A stretch of DNA of 64,000 bases from Saccostrea cucullata (lineage: Eukaryota), in assembly GCF_032062105.1 (NCBI RefSeq), contig NW_026918737.1, positions 62,001 through 126,000 of the forward strand, in the 5' to 3' direction. Position numbers and translations under genes: made by a program. A model generated the notes under the pieces. That model saw only the letters and a list, made by a program, of their open reading frames with translations. It was not told the origin of the DNA and did not search any database. Positions 48,464 through 61,200 of the stretch are shown here, piece after piece; the first letter of the stretch is position 1, and each line of letters opens with the position of its first letter.

Positions 48464-49800
48464 CGAGGGCTGTTCAATAAATAATGTCCTCGGTGCTCAG
48501 AAAGAAGCAAACGACGCTTTTCAATGATTTAGTTTTCATGATTTTACTTATTAATCTCTTTTAATTCAAACACATGTCAGTAACATTTTTTATCCAATTT
48601 CTGATTGTTTTTAGAACTCATTTTTGGGTATGACCCTTAGTATACTGGAAAATGGCAGATCCAATGATTCCTGGACTTGTTTTTTTCCTTCTGAAAGGTG
48701 TTTTTTTTTTCAAGTTTGGAAATAGAAACAAGTCAAAAGGTCAAAGATCTACCAAATATTGTTAATGTGAAAAAACATTAACTTTCTGTTTATCCCTAAA
48801 ACCCCTTTCTCTTCAGGGCATGCGGGTTTGAATGCTGTCAAGAAGAAATTCAATATAGTGGATTCCTGATTCTGGGTCCTGCGTCTGATAAACCTTTCGA
48901 TTTTTTTGCAAAAAAATTGCTTTCTAGACTCCTCCAGATATTAAACTGTCTCCCCGAATACGAATTTAAACAACAATACCACTTATATTTAAGAAAATTG
49001 CATATAAATCTGTCTTTGTGCTCTTGCATTACTTTGCTTTTGTCAGACCTTCGCCGTTTTTATCAAGTACATTTCATGGTAAATTTTGTTTTGATGATTT
49101 TAAGCAATAGATTCATATTCCAATATCTTTTTGAATATAAAACAAACGTGGATAACTATAATTACTGATATTTTAAAAGAATTGTTAAGACTTTCGTACA
49201 TACTGTCGTTTTCACTCATTTTTCAAATTATAGGGTGACCTTTGAGTACTACGTTTTTTTACTGTCAAACGTTTCTTAAAAACAGTGTAAAATACTCCCG
49301 ATATGATGTCTATTAAATGTGCTATGTTTCTTTAAGTCAATCATACATCGTCAAATATTTGTTGAAATTTGGCAAACAGTACATAAGTTGTTATAATTTT
49401 TGTTGGCAAGGAGGGTACCCATTTTTGATGCCCATAATATAATTTTTTATTATTGAAATCCACCTGCTCATTTGTCTATAAAACAGGCATCGGTTGCTGT
49501 AAATGACACATATTTCAGTGAATATTTCTTTGGGAGTTTTAACAAGTTTTACAGCAGCTTTAATGTAGCCTTTATTTTCACTCTAGTTTACTGTTTCTTT
49601 ACCTTTCATTTATAATGCAGTGTCTCGAAAAGCCCTTGTTTCCCAGCTTCTCACGATGTAGCTATGTGATGAAAAGTGGTCACATAAACTGTTTTAAATT
49701 CAGTAAAGATTCAATAATGAGAGAAAGTCAAGTTTAATGTCATATTATATCTGTATTGTATGTCATACAGTTCAGGACATTATTTATTGAACAGCCCTCG
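48464..49800 (-). mobile_element. Full-length but decayed mariner (DD34D-type) transposon, 1337 bp
   Basis: Perfect ~27-bp TIRs CGAGGGCTGTTCAATAAATAATGTCCT; TA TSD at 48462-48463 and 49801-49802. Minus-strand remnants KWVP and DL.PFDLFLFPNLKK...GSAIFQY (cf. WVP and YSPDLAP.DF.LFP.LK), with stops and frameshifts. Confidence 0.85.
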
Positions 49801-50053
49801 TATGTGATAAGATCTGTGGTTTTTTTCACAAAAGATCTTAAGACTAAGATAAAAATTTCACAACCCTATAATTCTTTGTTTAATAATACCTGAATATATA
49901 GCTTTTGACGTTACCAGGTAACCTACCTGACATTTGTATAACTCCCTGAAGAGCCGAACATGGTGACAGCGCTTGCAGTAAATGTTTTGTGATATTTTTG
50001 GATTTTTACATTTAAATATACCAAAAACTGTACCGATTTTTCATTTTGTTTTG

Positions 50054-50055
<2 letters not shown>

Positions 50056-50128
<73 letters not shown>
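50056..50128. repeat. (TA)n microsatellite, ~36 units
   Basis: Direct reading. Confidence 0.95.
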
Positions 50129-50133
<5 letters not shown>

Positions 50134-52649
50134 TACAATGTTGTCAAAAAGGAAAAATTAGAGTTTTGTGATCTTTTACAGCATATGTACTTTTTAGCGG
50201 ATGGGGGAAATTTTCGTCTTAGTGGTAAGATTTTTTGTAAAAAAGGCAAAAGGTTCTGAGATCATTTATAATAACTGTGATATCCGGATTGCTGTTTAGT
50301 AACTGTGAAAGTTACATGTATGTACCAAAACTCTTAAGCACTCCTAAATTGTAATTGTATTATGATTTGTATTGTATTTGATTAATGCCTGAATAAACAA
50401 AATAATATTATATACGCTCTTTCGTCAGGGACCGTGAATTTTGTCCCCTCAGAAGAACTTCACTATCCCCCAATCGTAGTAATGGTTGAGTGATTCTATC
50501 AGTTTAATGTGTTTCTGGAAAAAAGGCTCAAGGAATTTAGAATGAAATCAGTTTAAGAAATTGATCCTCTTTCAATGGACTATATAACCAGCATTTCTTA
50601 TCCCCGGGCTGATTACTGTATAGGGGAAAAATAACTCGCGGTGTTAATATTCGCTATATTCGTGGCGTTAATAAATCCGTGAATTCAAGAAACAGTGAAT
50701 AAATATTCAATAATATCCATGTTTTATTTGGAAATTTGAGAATATACTACGATAGGTTTTTATAGATGTACGTGCAGTGCATGGTCATTTCAGTAATTAC
50801 GAGTAGTACTTGTAATTCAATTATATTAATTATCACGGTTTACTTTTAATTCAAATCACCAGATTAATAACCTGTATTTATTAATAAAAAGCTGTTTTGA
50901 TAGAAAACTCTACTTGTTTTATCAATCAAAACACGTGGGCCGTGGGTTTTGTTTACCCGTGCGTAACTAATGTTACCACATGTATTTGTTACCTGCATTA
51001 TCAATTGCATATGAGTTTTTATCGACATTTTGTTTTTAAAAAATCATTTAAATATTAACTTTTGAACTTTCTGAAGATGTGGAAGGATATTATTTCGTCT
51101 ACCTACATTAACTCATTTATTAAGGTCCAGTGATTTTTCGCCGCGTTGATCTTGTGGTTACATGCTCTCATCGTAATGCGTGTAGCATATGGCGTATATA
51201 GTCATTTTTTTAATAACTGCACTTGTTTTAATTAATCCTCAATTATTTATTAAATCTAACTATTTAATATTAACCTACCCTGCTGTTCATGAAATAAACA
51301 CAAAACACTGATTAATGTCGTTCACATGTAGCTATCATATGGATTAGAATTAGAAGTTTAGAATGGTTATAAATTCTATGAGGAATATTTCGACTCAACC
51401 CTTGTTCCAATAGGAAGTTTCAGCAAAAATGAACATTATGTAATATGTGAGACCTTCATCAGCTGTTCATGTGCTTACTCTTGTATTGTTTACAATTAAT
51501 TTATTCTGAATGGAGACACACTATAATCATAGTACATGACTTTAAAGTTATTAATTAAGCTGAAGCAGCATTTAATATGTCTTATTTTTATTCAGATTTT
51601 GTTTACAAAACTTGCTGTATTACCGATCGTGTTTTGATAACATCCCCCATTTTCAATAGTTTGTTTACAAATTTAATTCTCTAAGTTTCTTCGTAAATAC
51701 GGTTAAATAATACATTTAAACAGATTGCAGTTGTTTATAATTACCGGTTATTGATCTCTGTTCAGTACCAGCGTATTCTTTTACTTACATCTATGTGAAA
51801 TCGTCATTTTACCGCTCGCGAACTTCTTGTGTACTTTATCATGCGTTTCCTTCGTCTGATTGACCGCTTCACTACTCATCTTGTCACCTGTGATTCTGCT
51901 GCTTGATTTCTCATTATTTAACCATGTTGTACATTATTTTATTCTTGAATTATTGTAATACGATGCTGACCAATATTTTTGTCCCTTATTTACCTTACGA
52001 TGGTGAACTATTGTCTTATTTTATCGATCTATCCAAGGCACTATGTTGTGAAGTCGCACTTCCGTACTTGCGTATATCGCTACGCGCACTACTTCTGAAG
52101 GCGCCTAGATTCGAAACTTGATTTTTATAATAAAACTACGAAGTCTTGGATAATTTCATTCATTAAACTAATTACGTATTTTAGTGTCCATATAATTAAA
52201 GTAATCCGGACAAGGTCTTGTATTGTTTATTAAATGTTTATTAAGGGTTTTAATTCTGCTTGTCCGGAGATTGGATATTGTTCGGATTTTCCATAGATCC
52301 GTACAGCGTTTGGATTGGTTATTAATTTTCCGGACAAAAAGGACAAACGCTGATTGGTGATAGAGGGTTATATATAGGACCCAACTTCAGCATTTCGACA
52401 CACTTGAATCTTCATCCCTTTGGGTTGTTAGTACGTTCTGAACCATATCTTCTGAAAGAGTCTAAGGTATTCAAGATGATAGATCTTGTAGTGGATGATG
52501 CTAATTTTTATAAAGACTCGCGCGTCCGGACAGGACAGTATTATAAGTAGAGAAATTATTTTAGTCATGTAGACCAGTAGTTTGTTTGTTTACAGTTCGA
52601 GTTATTAATTAGGACTTATGACCGGAACATTTCTATTAGTTGTTTGAAT

Positions 52650-52980
52650 ATTTGAATAGGTGATATCACTTTTTCGAATAGGTGATATGTTGTAAAAAAT
52701 TCAAATAGGTGATACCACCTATTCAAATTGGTGATATCACCCATTTATTTTCAATAGGTGACATCACCTATTTGAATAGGTAATATCACTTATTCGAATA
52801 GGTGATATCACATATTCGAATTGGTGATATCACAGAATGGAAATGAATAGGTGATATCACCTATTCGAATAAGTGATATCACCTATTCGTGCTGAATAGG
52901 TGATATCACCTACTCAATTTGAATCGGTGATATCACCAATTCGAATAAGTGGTATCACCTATTTGAATTTTTTACAACAA
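52650..52980. repeat. Array of palindromic 22-bp units AATAGGTGATATCACCTATTCG (block 1)
   Basis: About 12 diverged copies; inner segment 52688-52979 has inverted ends TGTTGTAAAAAATTCAAATAGGTGATACCAC. Confidence 0.85.
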
Positions 52981-53271
52981 TAAAAAATGAATGCTCAATA
53001 TAATATATAGATTACCACTGGAACCAAGAAAATTCGGACTACCCAGTTTCATGCGTTAATTCAATTTTTCTTAAAGACTACATGATAGATAAGTGAAATA
53101 AATTAATTTGTGAGCAAAACAAACTACAATTTCTACTGGGGTTGATTAAAATTAAATGCAAAACTGTAATCTATTGTCAAGAATGATGAGTTATAAAACG
53201 AAAAAATGAAGGTAAATAAGATATTGGGACCTATATAGTCTTGGGAGCTGTTATTATTTCATAAATAATTA

Positions 53272-53598
53272 GAATAAGTGATATCACCTATTCTAATAAG
53301 TGATATCATCTACTTAAAATGATATGGTGATATTACCTTTTCGAAAAGGTGATATCACCTATTCAATTTGAATAGGTTATATCACTAATTCAAATAAGTG
53401 ATATCAAGTATTCCCTTCCTATTCGAATAAGTGATATCACCTTTTTGAATAGGTGATATCACCAATTCAAATCAAATAGGTGACATCACCTATTTGAATA
53501 GGTGATATCACTTATTCGAATTCAAAATCTGAATAGGTGATATCATGAACCCATTCGAATAGGTGATATCACCTATTCGAATAGGTTATATCACTTTT
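53272..53598. repeat. Array of palindromic 22-bp units AATAGGTGATATCACCTATTCG (block 2)
   Basis: About 13 diverged copies of the same unit, ending ~120 bp past the predicted stop of NIDO-EGF gene C. Confidence 0.85.
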
Positions 53599-53719
53599 TG
53601 GCAGTACATACCAAAACGTCACCCCATAGTTTTCGGCACCTATTAACGTAAAAAGAACCTTGAAACACTGCAAAACATTTACATGCTAAAGCATCATCAA
53701 CTCTAAAAGGCAATCAATT

Positions 53720-56700
53720 TTATTTGTTATTTATATGCAAACCGGAACTATGTTGATGTATCTTGCTTGTTTCTGAAAAATAATAAAGAGTGCATGGATT
53801 AATTCAATTTTCTGTTACACTTAGGTTTTTTTTCAATTTTTAAAAAAATTAAATGGACATTATAATATAAAATCAATAAAAATGCAAAGTTCAACAACTT
53901 AGTAGTATATTTATATTGTAAAATTACCGAAATTGCATGTCAATCCTGAATAGTCCTGTGGACATCTACATTGGAAGGTACCTATAGTATTCGCACAAAT
54001 ACCGTCGTTGAGGCAAGGATGGTTGCCATGGCACTCATCAACATCTATAAACAAAATTATGGCAATACATTAAGTTTTGGAAATTTTCTTATTATAAAGA
54101 ATAACGTACATGTATATGATTGAAATATATTATAATATACATTTATTACGTATAGCCCAAGGAAGTTGGCAAAGTGTCTTCCTTCTTCATTTACTAACCT
54201 TCGTTACAATGTTGTCCCTGTATTCCGGGTTCACATTTGCAATGATAAGATCCTGCTGTATTGACACATGCCCCATAGACACATGGACCCTTATTACATT
54301 CATCAATGTCTAGAAATAAAGAAAATAACGAGTCACAGAGTCAATAAATTATATTTATGAAGATTAGATATACGTACATTATTATAATGAATATAATTAA
54401 AGAATACTGCACACGTTTTCATTTTAAAAAATATTCTAAATTTAGGCAAAATCAGTCTGGGTATGAAATGATTTTGCATTACAAATATGTTTAGATGTAT
54501 GAATATACAAATAAAATTATTATTGTTTCATATTCACTTATAACCAATTCCAAAGAAAGTTAAAAATATCAATTCACCTTGTTCACAAAGCCTTCCTGTC
54601 CATCCTGGTGCACACGTGCAAGTAAATGATCCTATGTTATTGATACATGTTGCGCCGTTTTGGCAGGGCATAGTTGCATTATTACATTCGTTGATATCTG
54701 TCATGAATGAAATAAAAGAATATTACACTTGATTAAAGAACAATATCCACATAGAAATGTTGCTTATGTTTTATTTTTCCCTACCTTGATCGCATAATTT
54801 TGCTGTAAAACCCGGATAACAAGCACATGTATAGGATCCTGGATTGTTAACACAAGTTCCATTGACACATGGCGAGGTTAGACATTCATTGATATCTGTA
54901 TTAAGAGAAAGAAAGCAATTATATGATAAAGCATCAAAAAAGCAATTAAAATAATAAATGCACAATGTAAATTTCAAAATTAAGTTACCGTTCTCGCAGT
55001 TGACTCCCGCGAAACCAACTGTACACACGCATGAGTATCCACCATATTTTTCAACACAACTTCCTCCGTTTTGGCAAGGTTTCCACTTACAATCATTATC
55101 TTAAATTTGGAATGAATTACTTAATGATGTTGTATTATCTCAGGAATGAAAAAAGGTAAAATAGTACTGCTATAGCAATGATAGAGGGCTATATGGAAAT
55201 AAAGATGTTTATTTACCGTCCGCAATTACGTAAAACCAAACACCATGTTCCCCTGCATGAAAACATGAAACTTTCAAACTGCAGTACATGAGATAACAAA
55301 ATGTCACCAATAATATGTAAATTCACTGTATATAGATAAAACCTGTGTTTCCTCGAAAATTGCTCATGCTGAATGTATCATCTTTGAATGAATGAAAATT
55401 GCTAAAAGTCTGCACATTCGTCTTATATCCAATGGCTACCCTATGAGAAGTATGGGATGGATCAACATCTACATTCATGTAGTTATACACAGCGTATGTT
55501 GTAACAAAATCCGTCATTAGAATGCACTGTATGGTTATACGCTGAAATAAGGATTGTAATTTACCGATTTAACTTGCTTTTAGATGGATTTCAAACTCCG
55601 ACCTAAAATTAATTAAAATAATGCATAATGGGAAAGGAAAAAGAATTACGTCATCATCAGCAAAATCCACTACTTTCGTGTTCCACCAAGTGACCACCAA
55701 TACCCATTTTGCAGAGAAATGTGAAATTCCACTGTTATAAAGGACATCGTAATCTGCCTTTGAAATGATAGAATGGTCGAATGGATTACTGGCTTCGTAT
55801 GTTTTGTAGAAGACATATCCATTATTTCCTGCATTTGGCAGTAGATCCGTCCAGTAGGGAGCCAGCATGTCAGGTCCTGTATAATTCTTCTGAGGATTGG
55901 GGGAACTGTTGTTGTTTCCAAAAAGTATTTGTCCATTTGTGCTAACCTTGATCAAGAGAAATTCGTGTTTGAAACAAAATCAGAAGTATTTTTAAAATTA
56001 ATTAATAAATAATGAATATTTTGTTCTGCCAGTCCATGTTCCAAGTAAAAAATTTTTATGATTTTTTTCAATCCTTAACGGTTACCGATTGAAAGTTTCA
56101 AAAGCTTCGTATTTGGTATGATCAATTTTACTGTTGCAATCCATTTATTAAGCCAAACAATGTACGATTAGAAATGGCAGTTACAACTTCTAATTTATTA
56201 TCATTTGTAATTAATTATGAGATGAGATGAGACAAGTAATAAAATTTTATAACATGGCTTATAAAAATGTTAGGAATGTTCCTTACAAATACATATGTAT
56301 GCGTTTTATTGTATCCAATTGGTATCCCTCTTCCAACACGTATTGCTGTACTTGCGATGTCATCCCCAGAAATGCTGTTCGATAGAGACCCGCGTGGGTA
56401 GGTGTAGTGCACTGTGTAGATAAGGAAAACATACACACATCGTACTTTTCTATAAGAATTTAAATATATAAAATTTAATGTAAATAAAAACAATTTTCTT
56501 ACATGAATCCCTCACAAAAGAACTCTGGGATTTGTGCATCTTCGACTGTCCGTACATATACCTAAAAGAAAAAAAAGAGAAGAAAGAAAAAAAATTCTAT
56601 CAAAATAAAAATTATAAAATGATTATTGTAGCTAAGACTATGTGAGAACTTTTTCTAACCTCTCGGTGTCTGAAACACAAATGCAGCTTTTGAGTACACC

Positions 56701-56730
56701 CAGGATCATGGAACAGTACAGAAAGAACAT
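53720..56730 (-). CDS. Secreted NIDO-EGF protein C (signal peptide, NIDO, 5 EGF; ~469 aa)
   Basis: Exons 56730-56660, 56561-56503, 56411-56287, 55946-55650, 55541-55343, 55252-55217, 55099-54989, 54895-54785, 54697-54578, 54309-54199, 54044-53928, 53772-53720 ([17 protein letters not shown]). All GT-AG and in frame; terminal coding exon is 53 bp, as in gene B. Confidence 0.9.
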
Positions 56731-57256
56731 TGTATTCAATTCTTTAAAACCCGAACTATTTCCTGAAACCTCTCCCGCGACTTAATGCAAGAAAGCGATA
56801 AGAATATGTTAGCAGATTTTATCAGGTCGTCGCATTGCACAGTAGATTAAATATTCTTGCTTATAATTAATTCGAACGCAAGCCTCTTTTGAAGGTTCCG
56901 ATACTTATTGTAGTTATGGAATGTGGACTTATTTCATCAAGGACTTCTAGAAAATATTCTTTAAAATAAAAAGATATTTAACTTTTAATTTGCGAATTTC
57001 TATAAGTGAAAAATATATAATATTTAGCAAAATACACAAAAACATTTATTGTAATCGTAACTAAACATTTATAATTGTTCCATCACAATTAATAATGCAT
57101 ATGTACTTTCGGTTGTCTTTGTAGAGTAAACAAGAGGTGCAAGGTGCAACTGATAAGAAATTAAAGAAGGAAGAAATGCTTGAACAGTGTTCTATTTTCT
57201 GAAGATTAACAACCAACCGTTTCTTGGATTTCTCTCTTTATAATTTAAAATAAGAA
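56731..57256. promoter_or_regulatory. Head-to-head intergenic region between genes C and D, candidate bidirectional promoter
   Basis: 526 bp between the divergent ATGs; GATAAG at 56797 and 57152; TATCAGGTCG at ~56820, shared with the gene B upstream region (~44234). Confidence 0.45.
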
Positions 57257-58232
57257 ATGGTTTCTTTTATAACTCTTGGTCATCTTATCGTTTTGCAATT
57301 CTTCATATGTATACCTGAAATTGGAGCGATGTAAGTAAACGTTAAAATACTTTTTTGTATATTATATAACACCATGAAAAGTAGCTGAGGGGGCAGTTTC
57401 ATGGAATGCTTAAAATGTAATGGCACGTGATGACGTAAATTCGTGTATTTTATCGTATCTACCGAAAAAATATGACTCCCTCCATTTCTTATAATGAGCT
57501 AGTATCCTTATTTTAATTCAATTTATATCCTGGCTTCCTGTAAAAAATGTAAATGTAAAAACTATAAAACAAATCCAAAAAGGAAAAATTCACTATTCTC
57601 TTTATTTTTTATTAGCAACAAACAAAATCACAAGACTCGATGGAATCACAATAGAATGACAAACACAAATCAAAAAAGAGTTCAATGTAAGTAGAATTAT
57701 TTTTTTTTATACAGACAAACAAACATTTTTATTCTATATATCATTTTTCCTGTTTTTACAAGAAAAAATGAATTAAAGTTTTATGTTTTTCTCTTGTTTT
57801 GTGCGTTGACAATCGTTTTTTTTTTTTTTTTTTTTGTTTAATCACAATATACAAATGATATATCTTCTAAATGATACTTCAGTGAATAAATAATAAGAGA
57901 TTAATGATAATGTAACATTTCTAGTGAGTTATATTTTCCCCAGAGGAGGAAACATAAGCTACGAAGGAGATGATTACACCCATAGTTTTACATTTCTATC
58001 GTCAATTCCATTTGGATCAGAAAAATATCCGCATTTGTATGTAAGTCAATACTTTAATATCTTGAAATAAATATAAGATCGAATGCATGCAACTGTTTAT
58101 TTTTAATACATAATGCTTAGAAAATAATATTAATTATCCTTTCAAACTGAAATATGATATTTTGTAAATTTTGAATTTACCAGGTGGTAGTAAATGCAAA
58201 ATGTACATGACTTCCACCCGGTAAATTCAAAA

Positions 58233-58265
<33 letters not shown>

Positions 58266-61200
58266 GCTTTTTATAAATTATTTATTACATTGAATTTCTT
58301 CAAAAAAGTTAGAGCATATGTTCCCTATGTATCATTGCAGGCCTGCTCAAACGGTTTTGTGTCTACGTACTCTGATACAACCTATACTCCGAATAACTTT
58401 TCATACCTAGAGCTGGCGCCATACTGGACAGATTTAGAGCAACGGAAGGACGAAGGATCAGCAATGTATATTACGATGTACAGACATACTGTTCCAGACA
58501 ATACTGACACACTGAGGAAGGCAACAGAACTGGTTCTTCTTCACTCTAGCAATCCACATTTCTCAGCTAAGGAAGTCATGGTAGTCACTTGGTGGAATTC
58601 AAGGTTTTACCAAGCTCCACAATCCACAACGAATGCATGTGAACTTTACATGTCTTTCTTTTGATGTACCACTAAGTTGAATATATTTTCAATGTTACAA
58701 TTTTTACCATTTCATTAAAATTAAGATTTATCAAACTTCATTTTTGAATAATGTATCTGGAACTGTTATCATGAAATACACGTAAAACTATGTATTTTTA
58801 CAAATTTAATGAAAAATTTTGAATTCGATCCAACTTTTAAGAAATATTATATATCATATTATAATAAACTATTAGCTCAATAACATAGTTAACATGTGTG
58901 CTCCCTCTTTTTCAGCGAGTCTCAATACAGTGTGTAATAATGACGGATTATATTACGTCATATGCATTGTTTAACTATATCAAAGTTGATGTGAACGATA
59001 CTCACGGGCATCAGATTTACACAGGATGGAGTTCAAACATAAAAAATGTTACAATGTCATATTCTTTAACAGACAATGCTATGAAAATGGGAAATTTTCG
59101 AGGAAACACAGGTATCATAATTTTTTTTAAATTTATTTGTTTATAGAAAAAAATCATGCATATATTCATTGATTTACAAATTGTCTGTAATATTACTAGT
59201 AATTGCTGAAATTATTATTAGTTTATGCCACACATAACAGCGAAATATGCACACTTAAGATATATTATAATAACAATTTCACAATTTTTAAAGAAAAATT
59301 AATCTTTTATGTATCCTAATTTTAATTTTTTGAAATACATGACATGTACTCTTTTGAGTTTAAAATCCATATCACTATACACTCGTCATGTAGATGTGTA
59401 CTACAGATATATATGTGTAAGTATATATATACTATATACTGCAGATATGTATCAAATATTTGATAAGTAAAAGTGGAAAATCTAGAATAAAGTTATTCAT
59501 TTATTATTATCGTTTTAGGTGAAAGGGGTATCTGGTTCTATGAAATTGCTGGAAATGCATGTAAGACCCATAAATTTTCTTCAAACTTGAATTCATTTAC
59601 AAAGAGAAATATAATCATTATTATTTTAATTTTCCTATTTTTCTTCTGGGGCATGAAGTAAAGGTGGTTTTGGATGTTTTTCATGCAAAACAACATTACA
59701 ACCTGGGTTTTTTTTATGAGCAGATGAATCATGTCATTCGAATCCATGTAGATCGAGAGGAACGTGCACAGCAACATATGGTGGATACATGTGCACGTGT
59801 CATCCGGGATATTCGGGTACAAATTGTGGATCAGGTATGCAAAACCATTTAACCATCGGCATTTTTGTATCACATCAAAAGTATTCTCGATCATCTTTAT
59901 AACAATCACACTTATTATGTGTGTTTCTTTAGATATCAATGAATGTTTAGCCAATGTTCCTGTGTGTAAGCACGGGACATGCAGTAATAATTTTGGATCA
60001 TATTCGTGTACGTGTGATCAAGGCTGGAGGGGTCAAAACTGTGACCAAGGTTTGTACATAAAAGACAAATGTTACGTTTAAATATAATATTTACAGTAAG
60101 AATGCCTTGAAAAAATCAAAGTGAACAGTGCATTATGACTGTACATATTTTCACAACAGATATAAATGAATGTGTGACGTACTCACCTGCGTGTTATAAT
60201 GGCGGCAGTTGTGCAAACCAAGATGGCTCTTTTTCGTGTCTGTGTGCAACAGGCTGGACAGGAAATAGATGTGAAACAGGTATAAGTCATAAAGAATTTC
60301 AAAAACACACTGAACAAAATTTATATATTTGTAAGCTTTGCACTTTAAGAAATTCAAAACTATCTTTAACAATTTATGGATAAGTTTTGAATTTCTTAAA
60401 TTGCAAAATCTTAATTGTAACATATTTAATTACTCCTTAAGCGATCTAATTGTTGGAATTTTACTTTGTCTGCCTATTAATAATAGCAGGCGATGCTGCC
60501 AACTTCTAAACATTGATTGGGCAATTGATCGTCAAATTATCTGAAAATGAGAATGTTATAATTTTAGATTTTAAGAATAAGAAATTGATTTTGAATTTCA
60601 AATGAAGATATAAATGAATGTTCAATGGGCACATCAAATTGTTTCCATGGAAGTTGCGTGAATACCGATGGGTCCTACAGATGTTCCTGCAACCTTGGCT
60701 GGTCAGGTCATTTGTGTGACGTAGGTAAGACAAACAGGAAGTATCTGAAATATATGAATGTCATGTTCTTACTTTGCAACGAATATAATTGTTTTCAATT
60801 TTGATAAATCGTTTTAGTCTAAATTTTGCAAAAGTTGAAGAATTTATTTTTATGAAACAATGAAAAAAAGTGATATGAATAAATAATGTAAATAAAACAT
60901 AAACATAGATAGAATATGATAAAGTAGTATAGTCGTATTATTTAACAATATATGCTTTTACGATCGATGTTTCAGGTAAAATTTCTTGTTCAATTTTTTT
61001 TTTAGATGTGAACGAATGCATCAATCATCCTTGTCATAATAGTGGCACATGCAGCAATACTATTGGTTCTTACACGTGTTCGTGTTCTCAGGGGTGGGTT
61101 GGACATCGTTGTGAACAAGGTGATTGAGAAATAGCTACAGAACTATAGGATAATGGTTTTATATTTTAGTCGAAAAAATAACACGCTACAGTTCTGTAGC

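Noticed and set aside
52650-53598. CRISPR-like array of palindromic repeats
   Set aside because: Units abut or are separated by only a few bases, with no unique spacers of regular length; no cas genes; eukaryotic context.
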